Origin: Chiloscyllium plagiosum
Lineage: Eukaryota
Length of the DNA: 20,000 nucleotides
Direction: 5' to 3'
NCBI RefSeq assembly: GCF_004010195.1
Contig: NC_057759.1
Location: 8,059,145 to 8,079,144 of the forward strand
The notes beneath the pieces were generated by a model. That model made no database searches. It was not told the DNA's origin and saw nothing but the letters and a program-made list of their open reading frames with translations. This document shows, in pieces, positions 10,789 through 20,000 of the stretch. Within the stretch, counting starts at the first letter, position 1, and each line of letters begins with the position of its first letter. A program made the position numbers and the translations under genes.

Positions 10789-11582
10789 CTTCCCTACTTC
10801 TTGGTCACCCAGTGACACACCGCTATACAACTTGGAACCCTGTGACCCACTGCCTTTTGATGTCTCACGATTCCGTGGGTTGACAGCTTCTCTGCTGCTA
10901 GACCTCACCTACTTAACTGGCGTTCATGAAGAGGGAACTAAACAGAGTGCAAGACGTCATGAGAAAAAGCACAGGCACGAATCTGAAGACAAAGCAGAGA
11001 TGGAGCAGAAATTCGAGGCAGATCTTACTAAAGAAACCATTGATCGAGTGATCACACAGTCAGCTGAGGAGACAAAAGGCATTATGCAAGGTGGAGCTTC
11101 CAATTCACGATCAGAAAATGACATTTCAACTTGCACTATGGATTCCGTGCATCTCAGTTTAGATTCTCAACACCATCTGCTGGAAGGAAAACGAAAGCCT
11201 CATGAGCATGTACTGAGAAATCATGATTTAGTTCAATCAGAAATTCGAGCAGTTCAGTTATCGTACTTGTGTCTTGGTGCTATGAAGACACTTAGTGTTC
11301 TACTTAGCTGTAGCAAGTATGCAGAATTGTTGCTGATCCCAAAGGTTTTAACTGAGAATGGCCACAATTCAGACTGTGCTGGGTCACCAGTTATTCAGGA
11401 CGATGGAGAAATGAGAACTGCGCTCCAGTTTCTGATGCGCCACATGGTGAAACGGGCTGTCATGCGTTCACCAATTAAGAGAGCATTGGGACTGACTGAT
11501 CTTGAGCGTGCACAGGCCATGATTTATAAACTGATTGTGAATTCGCTGCTGGACGATCAATTTGGTGGCAAAGTTAAACAAG
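10789..11582 (+). CDS. HERC1: HERC1 internal coding exon B, 794 nt, phase 2 to 1 (alternative start at 10813 possible)
   Basis: Acceptor ttaaag|C; AG from exon A plus C gives Ser, then FPTSWSPSDTPLYNLEPCDPLPFDVSRFRGLTASLLLDLTYLTG...RAVQLSYLCLGAMKTLSVLL...RAVMRSPIKRALGLTDLERAQAMIYKL...QFGGKVKQ. Donor AAG|gtatga at 11582/11583. Confidence 0.95.
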
Positions 11583-11975
11583 GTATGACTATTTATGAAT
11601 ATCAACATTATAATGGTTAGGCTGCTAAGCATCGGTTGCCTCATAGGTTTAGGAAATACTTTGTTTGAATAAGTCACTAAGATCAATATGTGTAAGCCAT
11701 ATCTATAGCTGCCATGCTGACTAATTAAAATCTAATATACAGCACAGTTAAATTTGCAAACATGTATGGAATCACAACGAAGTATAACAATACAATAATT
11801 TGTTCATTTCAATTGCATTGCTCTATTTAAGATTTCTGCAGGGCACTTCTTTGGTTTCCTTCTTTTACAATTGGTAACCTTTTGCCTCATCGTGTACCCC
11901 TGCACAAAAAGAAATGTTCAAACTAAGAACAGGAGAACAATATGTTCTCAGGCTACTGATAAACAAAATGCTACT

Positions 11976-12172
11976 GATGGGGTCCCTGACTTAGGAATGT
12001 CCAGACTGACAAAAGAGATTTGATACTGTTATTAATTTTAAGCATCCAACATGCTAATGTTTACTCATACAGATATTCTATATTGTACTTCACTGTCTTC
12101 CAACTTGCCTGCAAATTGACTAAGGACCACACTCAGGAATGGAACTTGTTTGTAACTCAGGAACAGTCTATA
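11976..12172. mobile_element. Possible degenerate Tigger/Tc1-mariner-type MITE
   Basis: Ends ggggtccctgacttaggaa and tttgtaactcaggaacagtcta are loosely inverted and resemble Tigger-type termini; heavily diverged. Confidence 0.4.
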
Positions 12173-12544
12173 GTTATGATGTGTTTTCTCCTTTTTTGTG
12201 GTGGAGAGAGGAAAGGAGACTTTCCCCACAGGAATTTCCTCAGGACCCTTGTTACTTTTTTTTCTCAGTATTTAATGACCTCTAGTAGTATGGGTTGAAG
12301 ATGTTGAAGAAAATGCAAAGGCCTGTATTTATTGCAAAAAACTGGGTTTACTTTCCAGTAAAAGAATAATTATTGGCAATACCTCTCCATTGTTAGTCAA
12401 TGGTAGAATTGAGCTAAGCTGACTCTAAATTGGGGAAACTTGATTCATGCTCATACTGACTACTTTTGACTATTGTGTACAGAGCGGATTATCACCCATG
12501 TAAATTCCTGTTTACCTGTGACAAAAATAGAAATTACTGAAGGA

Positions 12545-12730
12545 ACTCCAGACTATCAGAAGGATGTGGATGTTTTGGAGAGGGTACAGAAAAAGTTTAC
12601 CAGGATGTTGCCTCGTGTGGGGGATTTTAGCTATGAAGAAAGGTTGGATAGACTGGGTTTGTTTGCACTGGAATGCAAAAGAATCTGTAGTGTGTAAGAT
12701 TGTGAATGGCATGGAATGATTGGAAAGTAT
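12545..12730 (+). mobile_element. CR1 ORF2 C-terminal fragment
   Basis: YQKDVDVLERVQKKFTRMLPRVGDFSYEERLDRLGLFALE. Confidence 0.85.
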
Positions 12731-12735
12731 GAGGA

Positions 12736-12809
12736 AAGTACAAGGTTAAAAAGAGATGTGTGAGGCAGGAGGAAGTACAAGGTTAAAAAGAGATGTGTGA
12801 GGCAGGAGG
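12736..12809 (+). repeat. Perfect 37-bp tandem duplication
   Basis: aagtacaaggttaaaaagagatgtgtgaggcaggagg occurs at 12736-12772 and 12773-12809. Confidence 0.95.
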
Positions 12810-12825
12810 AATTGAAAAGGAGCAT

Positions 12826-13765
12826 ATTTGATAAGATCCCTCATGCAAGATTTTATTCGGTAAAGTTAAAGCACATGGGGTAATTGGCACACAAAATTGA
12901 TTGTCATACAGGAAACAAGGAGTTGGAATCAATGAGTCTTTTTCTGAGTGCCAAGCAGTGACACTTACAATACCATACTTGGTCTCCAGCTATTTATAAA
13001 TTACCTGGATGAGGTAACCAAATGCAACATTTCCAAGTTTGCTTCGACACAAATTTGGTTGGGAATGAGAGTTATGAGGAGGGTGTTAGGAGCCTTCAAG
13101 GTTATTTAGACAAGTTGAGTGAGTACACAAAAACATGGCAGATATAGTACAATATGACTAAATGTGAGGTTACACACTTAAGTGTGAAAAAACAGGCAGA
13201 ATATTGTGTAAGTGGTGATATATCAGGAAGTATAGAGGTATAAAGGGATCTAGGTGCCCTTATACACTAGTCACAGAAAGTAGACAGGCAGGTTTTGATT
13301 GGTTTTATTGTAGTCTTGTACCTAAGTACAGTGAAAAGCTTTGTTTTGAAAGCAGTATAGGCAGATCATAGCAAACAAGGGCATACAGATCATAATGTAC
13401 TTAGACAGAGTGAGGCATGCAAGGTTAAAGCTACACAGGAGGTGCCCTAAGCAAGATCAGCATTAGTAAGATCAGCATTATTTGAAGTCAGAGAGGTTTG
13501 TTGAGAAGTCTAATAACATCAGAGAAGAAGCTGTTTTCGAATCTGTTGCAACATGTGTTCCAGCTTCTGTATTTTCTGCCTGATGGAAGAGTTGGAACAG
13601 AGAGGTGCAGCAAGCAATTAGGAAGCCAAAAGGTATGCTGGCCTTCATTGCAAGAGGATTTGAGTTCTGACGTAAGGATGTCTTACTGCAGCCATGCAGG
13701 GTTTTGTTGAGACCACATCTGAAGTATTGTATGCAGGTTTGCACCGAAGAAAGGATGTACTGACA
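12826..13765 (+). mobile_element. Old CR1 RT fragment, interrupted by a Rex1-like insertion
   Basis: FDKIPH-like start, atttccaagtttgct (ISKFA), aaatgtgaggtt; resumes after 13602 with aggtgcagcaagcaattaggaag...atgctggccttcattgcaagagg. Confidence 0.75.
13294..13602 (-). mobile_element. Rex1/Babar-type LINE 3' end
   Basis: Minus strand encodes LPSGRKYRSWNTCCNRFENSFFSDVIRLLN, typical of the Rex1 RT C-terminus, followed by a 3' UTR ending aataaaaccaatcaaaa. Flanked by aggt at 13290-13293 and 13603-13606. Confidence 0.8.
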
Positions 13766-13913
13766 GTCAAAAGGGGGTTTCATCATCACATTTGTTCACA
13801 GGTCAATTTGTACGCAAGTGGGAACACAATGCAGGACAACATACAGTAGCCATTTGGAAGTCCAAGTAAATTATAGCCCTGTAAGGAATTGCATTCATAG
13901 TTACAAGCATTCT

Positions 13914-15022
13914 TAGAACATAACAGCACAGTACAGCCCTTTGGCCCTCGATGTTGAGCCAACCTGTGGAACCAATCTGAAGCCCATCTAACCTACACCA
14001 TTCCATTTTCATCCATATGTTTATCCAATTACCATTTAAATGACCTTAAAGTTGGAGATCTACTGTTGCAGGCAGTATGTTCCACGCCCCTACTACTCTC
14101 CAAGTAAACAAAACTACCTCTGACACCTGTCCTATGTCTATCACCCCTCAATTCAAAGCTATGTTTTTTGTGCTTGCCATCACCATCCAAGGAAAAAGGC
14201 TCTCACTGTCTACCCTGTCTCATCCTCTGATTATCTTATTTGTCTCAATTAAGTCACCTCTCAACCTTCTCTCTGACAAAAACAGCCTCAATCCTTTAGC
14301 CTTTCCTCTTAAGACCTTTCCTCCATACTAGGCAACATCCTAGTAAATCTCATCTGAACCCCCGCCAAAGCTTTCACATCCTTCCAATAATGCAGTGACC
14401 AGAACTGTACACAATACTGCAAGTGTGGCTGCACCAGAGTTTTGAACAGCTGCAGCATGACCTTGTGGCTCTGAAATACCTCCTTAACAACCCTGTCAAC
14501 CTGGGTGGCAACTTTCAAGGATCTTACGTACATGGACACCGAGATCTCTCTGCTCATCTACGCTACCAAGAATCTTACATTTAGCCCAGTACTCTTTATT
14601 CCTGTTGCACTTTCCAAAGTAAATCACCTGACACTTTTCTGCATTAAACGCCATTTGCCCCTTCTCAGCCCAGCTCTGCAGCTTATCTGTGTCCCTCTGT
14701 AACCTGCAACATCCTTCAGCACTAACCACACCTCCACCAACCTAAGTGTCATTCGCAAATTTACTAACCCATCCTTCTACACCCTCATCCAGGTCATTTA
14801 TAAAAATGACAAACAGCAGTGGCCCCAAAACAGATCCTTGCAGTACACCACTAATAACTGAACTCCAGGATGAACATTTCCCATCAACCACCACCCTCTG
14901 TTTTCTTTTAGCTAGCTAACTTCTGATCCAAACTGCTAAATCACCCTCAATCCCATGCCTCCATATCTTGTGCAATAGCCTGTCATGGGCAACCTTATCA
15001 AAGGCCTTACTGGAATCCATAT
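13914..15022 (-). mobile_element. 5'-truncated CR1-type LINE, same subfamily as 3940-5802, opposite orientation
   Basis: Minus ORFs LQRDTDKLQSWAEKGQMAFNAEKC and SLKVATQVDRVVKE..PHLQYCVQFWS..RFTRML. 14790-14950 aligns by eye to the reverse complement of about 4720-4880; 3' tail at 13914-13980. Confidence 0.92.
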
Positions 15023-15780
15023 AGTTCATTAGTTGATTGTTTGTAAGTCTGGTTCTCCTTGTACTTGGCATGATGGCAGCATTCTATGAAGAGCTATTAG
15101 TTGGACTGGTTCTGCATTCACTGGAATTTAGGAGATGAGAGGGGATCTGATTGAAATGTATAAAATATCAACAAGGTTCTCCAAATGCAGCAAGACCTGG
15201 ACAATCTCCAGGTTTGGGTTGAAAAGAGGCAAGCAAAATTCATGCCACAAAAAACATCTCCAATTAGCAATAATCTAATGTCTGCCCCTTCCTTTCGCAA
15301 AGAATAAGACTGTCTTACTGAAGCCTATTAGGTCCTAAGGCAAATGCAGGAAAAGTGTTCCAAAGAATGGTAATGGCACTCAAAATTAATTTGGTTTTTT
15401 TCCTTAGATGCTGCAGATAGGTTGAATTTCTCCAGCACGTTGGTTTTATTTCAGACCCAGCATCTGCTTTAATTTAATTTTATTACAAGGAAGATGTTTC
15501 TTCTTATAGGGAGACTAGAACTAGGAGCTCAGTTTCAGAGGTCAGTCTTTTTAAGACAGATGACTTTTCTATTCTCTCAGAAGATTGTTCATCTGTGGAA
15601 TATTCTTCCCATTAGATAGTGAGGTGTCAGTCGATGAACATATTCATGGTTGAATTAGATTTTTGATCAAGAGATGTAGATGTTTATGATGCACATACAG
15701 GAACGGTGGTGTTCAGGCCAAAATCCTATCAATCATGAACCTGCTAAATGGTCTAATTCTGCGCCTAGGTTGTGTGTTCC
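15023..15780 (+). mobile_element. Patchwork of old CR1 3' fragments plus a second LINE RT fragment (about 15180-15300)
   Basis: tcactggaatttaggagatgagaggggatctgattgaaatgtataaaat (SLEFRR.RGDLIE.YKI-like); MQQDLDNLQVWVEKRQAKF; ttctctcagaagattgttcatctgtggaat (FSQ.IV.LWN). Confidence 0.65.
15405..15468 (+). repeat. Short remnant of the Penelope-like terminal repeat family
   Basis: agatgctgc...ttctccagcac...ttttatttcagacccagcatctgc resembles 17414-17475 and 1687-1720. Confidence 0.5.
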
Positions 15781-15849
15781 TAAACACTTTATGAATGTTT
15801 CAGGAAAAATTACAAGTCAAGAGCAACATAGTCCCTTAAAGAATAATAA

Positions 15850-16150
15850 TAGTCAATGTGGAAATAGGATATGTGGGCATCTGAATAATTACTTAGCATC
15901 AGTATTCACAGTAGAAGAAAATGTTGTCATGTTAGATGACCCAAGAAAACTGTTGTTAAGTCAGGGACTGGGAATCACCAGTTTTGATATAGGTATTACT
16001 GCAGTATTGAAGAAATTAATGACCCGAAGGAGTGGCAGATCTTCAGGCCGACTGGTTTTCAACTAAGGATTTAAAAGCAAGTACTTTATATTTAGACGAT
16101 GATTTCAATTAGTCTTCCAAAGTTCTCTTGACTTGCAAACTTTTCTTTTA
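15850..16150 (+). mobile_element. Old CR1 ORF2 fragment (region upstream of RT)
   Basis: LNNYLASVFTVEENV...AVLKKLM, homologous to NEYFSLVLEKDNV...EEVLAVL at about 4140-4260. Confidence 0.65.
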
Positions 16151-16603
16151 GTTTGGAAAGTACTCAAAATGCAGTTGTGACAGGGCCACATAGGACAAAT
16201 GGAGAGAAACGCTTTGTTTGCTAGTTAGAAGTCTAGAAGGGGGGCATGATTTAAGAACTAAAGCCAAAACTTTCCGTGGTAAAGGACATTTGAAGTTTGG
16301 AGGTCTCTCAAATGAAAGTTGATAGATGTATTATCAATTTTAGCTTGAAAATTATAAATAATTGTTAACCAAATATGCATAGGGATATGGGACTACAGTG
16401 TGTATATGGTGTGATTAAACAATTAAATTATCTCTATGTTGAACAACCAAGCTATCTTCATAAGTTATACTCAAGTTTCATACATTTGTATAGTTAAATC
16501 CCTGTATGTAATGGAATATGATTAAATTGCATATTATATTTTATGTGGAAGCACACTAATTGTGATCTATCGATTTATTACTACCCTTACAAATTCCTGA
16601 CAG

Positions 16604-16802
16604 ATGCCCCTCAGCAGCATGAAGAAATAGATGCTGCAATGCATGCACAAACACCTGTTACTACAAGTCCTTCTGCCTCCAGCACCACTTCATTCATGAG
16701 CAGCTCTCTTGAGGACACCACCACTGCTACTACGCCCGTCACTGACACAGAAACTGTGCCTGCCTCAGAGTCACCCAGTGTAATGCCACTCAGCCTTTTA
16801 CG
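16604..16802 (+). CDS. HERC1: HERC1 internal coding exon C, 199 nt, Ser/Thr-rich, phase 1 to 2
   Basis: Acceptor cctgacag|AT; G from exon B plus AT gives Asp. Translates DAPQQHEEIDAAMHAQTPVTTSPSASSTTSFMSSSLEDTTTATTPVTDTETVPASESPSVMPLSLLR, matching HERC1. Donor CG|gtatgt. Confidence 0.95.
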
Positions 16803-17139
16803 GTATGTGTTGTCATGCTCAATCTGATTTTAAGTGATTGATTGAAATTTATTCAGAATTGTTTCATTGTTTTAGCTTAAACCTTAATGCTTTTAAGCTA
16901 AATATGGGTGTATGTAAAGAAAATTAAATTTAGTTTCTCATTTGGTTAAGAAATTTGTGATTGGTTCTGAGCATTATTGTACACAAGTACTGAATGTTTG
17001 CAGCAATATGTGATACCCTAAGAATCGAGAAAGAAGAATTCGAGCAGTTGAAGATGGTGTCATTTATGATCATGTTCATGTTGTTCCTGTGACCTTTAAT
17101 GTGAAAAGATTTTTTTATCACTAATATTGTTCCCTTCAG

Positions 17140-17300
17140 TCAAATGTTCTCCAGTTATCCAACTACCACACTGCTGCCTAGTCGACGAGCACAGACCCCA
17201 CCTGTTTCTTCTCTACCAACCTCACCTTCTGAAGAGGTGGGTAGACGACAGAGTCTCACTTCACCTGAATCCCAGCCCACTCGACCAACAAACCGAACAG
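17140..17300 (+). CDS. HERC1: HERC1 internal coding exon D, 161 nt, phase 2 to 1
   Basis: Branch-like ctaat at 17121-17125; acceptor tgttcccttcag|T; CG plus T gives Arg, then QMFSSYPTTTLLPSRRAQTPPVSSLPTSPSEEVGRRQSLTSPESQPTRPTNRT. Donor CAG|gtactg. Not in the ORF track in this frame. Confidence 0.95.
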
Positions 17301-17364
17301 GTACTGAAATGACTTGAGCTTAGTTTTGGTTTTGTTTCTTTACATCAGCTGCCGGTTTATAAAC

Positions 17365-17487
17365 TTCTCGAAGGGTCACAGGACCTGAAACGTTAACTTT
17401 GATTTCTCTTCACAGATGCTGCTAGACCTGCTGAGCTTTTCCAAGAACTTCTGTTTTTGTTTACAGAATCCGCAGTTCTTTAGGTTT
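17365..17487 (+). mobile_element. Penelope-like terminal repeat remnant with hammerhead-like motif
   Basis: gaagggtcacaggacctgaaacgttaac...cagatgctgctagacctgctgagcttttcca parallels gaaggacttatgcccaaaacgtcga...ggatgctgcctgacctgctgtgcttttcca at 1647-1715. Confidence 0.65.
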
Positions 17488-18029
17488 TCACAAACTTCTG
17501 TGGTTTGCGTCTACCTTACTTCATGACAAGACATGGAAAACTTTCTTTCCTTTAAAGTTTTGAAAACAGTACAAACTTCCTGTTTTACACAGACTCCAGC
17601 AAATGCTAGACCCTAGTTTTTAGAAAGAATTAGTTGCTTTGTGTTTGTTCAAGGCCCATGCATGAGGAATTAGACTGTAGGTGGGAGGGGAGAAGGAAGC
17701 TTTAAAGCTTTTCAAAATTTGGGAAACATTGTTTGGTATTCATGTCCAGGAGGTCAATGTCTCAACTGTGTTGAGATAACCAAAAATAGTTCATGTAAGA
17801 CGTTACCAGTCAGTAAATAATGCGTGGGGCTAAAAGAAGGAATGCTCTTCACCAATGGATAGTTTGTATCTTGTAGCTCAAAGGTATTTAAGAGGTGTTC
17901 AGGTTGATCTTCATGCTACCACACTGCCCAAACCTCAATTACTTTCTTTTCTAGAGGCTTATTTTTCAGATATTCCTCCTGGAAAGGAGATGGTGGCCAT
18001 ACCATCTCCTTTCCAAATGCCCTAACCAA

Positions 18030-18625
18030 ATCTCTTCTCTGCCTTCTTTCCTGAAAGGAAACAGAGTCACAATTCTATTTTCACAATCATCATTCCTGAG
18101 ACAAGGGACTTTTCTCATGAATATTTTCTGTGCTCTCAGTGCTTTCACATACATCCTAAAGTATGATGCCCAGACCTGTATACAGTACTCTAGCTAAGAC
18201 CTCTCAAGTGCAACATATTGTTCTAGCACTCCTTGTTCTAGCACTCTAGCAACATATCCTTGTTCTAGCACTCTATTAATAGTACTGTTAACCTATCATT
18301 CCATCTTCAATGACTTCTGTGCATGTGCACTGGTCCCTCTACTGCTGCAATCCCTTTAGAATTATTGCTTGTATTTGACATTACCTCTACATGTCCTTCC
18401 TACTGAGATAAGTCATTTCACACTTCTCCATGTTCAACTTCATCTGCCATTTGAATACCCATAAGTATTATGTCATGTGCACCAAATAATATATTAATAT
18501 ACATCATTAATTTATATCAAAAAAAGCACGAGTTCCAACACTGGCCCTTCAGGATTTCCACTTCCCTTCAAGCATTCCCTTGGCTCGAAAACCTCCCATC
18601 AACTATTACTTTCTGCTTTGATGAA
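18030..18625 (-). mobile_element. Highly degenerate CR1 RT fragment
   Basis: Minus strand reads agagtactgtatacaggtctgggcatc (EYCIQVWA) and YVKALRAQKIFMRKVPCLR, similar to D..ALE.VQRRFTRMIPGLR; aacttcatctgccat corresponds to WQMKL. Confidence 0.65.
18210..18275. repeat. Complex micro-duplication
   Basis: Three copies of ttgttctagcactc and two of gcaacatat. Confidence 0.85.
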
Positions 18626-18649
18626 TGGTGAAAGAAATCTTGTTCGTGG

Positions 18650-18910
18650 GCACATGAGTAGACCGTTTAGAGTGTTGAGCAGTTTCCTCATTGCTGAGCA
18701 TTTTCCTCAATTCCACTTTCCTGCACTGTCTCCGTCTGCCTTAATGTCATTTATGTTTAAAGTATATCATCTCTATCTTGAACTTCCTCACTTTTGATTG
18801 AACTAGCTCAGCCCTTTTAGATAAAGAAGTCCGAAAACCCACCATCTTCTGACTGAAGAAATTCTTCCTCATCTCAGTCTTCATTGGCCTACTCCTTATA
18901 TTTGGATCAT
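18650..18910 (-). mobile_element. CR1 3'-end fragment
   Basis: Minus strand aagactgagatgaggaagaatttcttcagtcagaagatggtg (KTEMRKNFFSQKMV), the CR1 ORF2 C-terminal motif. Confidence 0.7.
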
Positions 18911-18917
18911 GAGAGAA

Positions 18918-19000
18918 GGTGACAGCCTAATAGTATTATCTCTGGACTGTTAATTCAGAGATCCAGGTAATGTTCTGGGGACCTGGATTCAAATCCTGCC
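18918..19000 (+). mobile_element. 5' head of a SacSINE1/Deu-like SINE running into the gap
   Basis: ctggactgttaattcagagatccaggtaatgttctggggacctggattcaaatcc matches the reverse complement of about 8640-8705. Confidence 0.7.
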
Positions 19001-19500
19001 NNNNNNNNNNNNNNNNNNNNNNNNNNNNNNNNNNNNNNNNNNNNNNNNNNNNNNNNNNNNNNNNNNNNNNNNNNNNNNNNNNNNNNNNNNNNNNNNNNNN
19101 NNNNNNNNNNNNNNNNNNNNNNNNNNNNNNNNNNNNNNNNNNNNNNNNNNNNNNNNNNNNNNNNNNNNNNNNNNNNNNNNNNNNNNNNNNNNNNNNNNNN
19201 NNNNNNNNNNNNNNNNNNNNNNNNNNNNNNNNNNNNNNNNNNNNNNNNNNNNNNNNNNNNNNNNNNNNNNNNNNNNNNNNNNNNNNNNNNNNNNNNNNNN
19301 NNNNNNNNNNNNNNNNNNNNNNNNNNNNNNNNNNNNNNNNNNNNNNNNNNNNNNNNNNNNNNNNNNNNNNNNNNNNNNNNNNNNNNNNNNNNNNNNNNNN
19401 NNNNNNNNNNNNNNNNNNNNNNNNNNNNNNNNNNNNNNNNNNNNNNNNNNNNNNNNNNNNNNNNNNNNNNNNNNNNNNNNNNNNNNNNNNNNNNNNNNNN
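19001..19500. other. Assembly gap (500 N)
   Basis: Run of n; the round length suggests a placeholder size. Confidence 1.
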
Positions 19501-19756
19501 GAACTTTTTCTTCTTATACCAGTTACATCCAGCTTTTGGCTCACCATCTGGTCAGAAAATAAATTGGTTTGTTAGTTTGAAGTTTCACTCTTGTTGCTTT
19601 ATTTTGTTCAGTCTGTAGTACACCAGACTATTGCACAGCTCCTTTCTCCAAAAGCCTTAACAAACTTCTTACAATGTCAAAAAGGGACATAGAGAAAAAG
19701 AAACGTGAAATCAGACTTTACATGCAGAGAATGGGTTTTATAAATGTTCCTTGGGT

Positions 19757-19858
19757 ATTTTTAATCAACCTGCTGTGTAATGACACATCTCTGGAGTAGA
19801 CTGAACTTGAAACTAGTCTCCTGATTTGGTGTGGACATTGCCAATGTGCCATGAGCGC
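19757..19858 (-). mobile_element. Diverged copy of the short tRNA-derived SINE at 9008-9120
   Basis: Reverse complement caggagactagtttcaagt...ctccagagatgtgtcattac...gttgattaaaaa aligns to caggaggtccaggttcaagt...ctccagaggtgtgtaatac...attgattagaaaa. Confidence 0.6.
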
Positions 19859-20000
19859 TTAAGTCTTATGACAATCAGTCAAGTTCATTGCATGTCTGAG
19901 TTTCTTGTGAAAAACTTAAAACGCTCAACTAAGCTGCATCATCTGAAGCAAATAATGTTCCCTTAAAGATAGCAAACATTTGTACCAAGCTATATTAGAA

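Noticed and set aside
18210..18275. Short repeated units as a CRISPR-like array
   Set aside because: Irregular slippage-type duplication, no unique spacers, eukaryotic context.
18936..19575. Two ORFs of about 200 aa in the ORF track
   Set aside because: Artefacts of reading through the N gap.

Overview
Vertebrate genomic DNA, almost certainly a shark or other elasmobranch (inferred from HE1-like and SacSINE1-like SINEs and shark-type CR1 LINEs). The window lies inside HERC1 (giant HECT E3 ubiquitin ligase) on the + strand. It holds four internal coding exons (5951-6465, 10789-11582, 16604-16802, 17140-17300) with GT-AG boundaries and matching phases, splicing into one open frame of 1669 nt from the end of the SPRY domain into the Ser/Thr-rich region. 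The introns are packed with decayed transposons: a Gypsy (Gmr1-like) LTR remnant, many CR1 LINE fragments, a Rex1/Babar fragment, tRNA-derived SINEs, Penelope-like repeat remnants with hammerhead-like cores and a possible Tigger-type MITE. There is a 500-N assembly gap. I see no convincing wholly new biological system. The best leads are a candidate in-frame alternative 3' splice site with a distant branch point at the second exon, an inverted CR1 pair bracketing the first two exons (possible circRNA), and degenerate hammerhead motifs. Family names come from recognition, not database searches.
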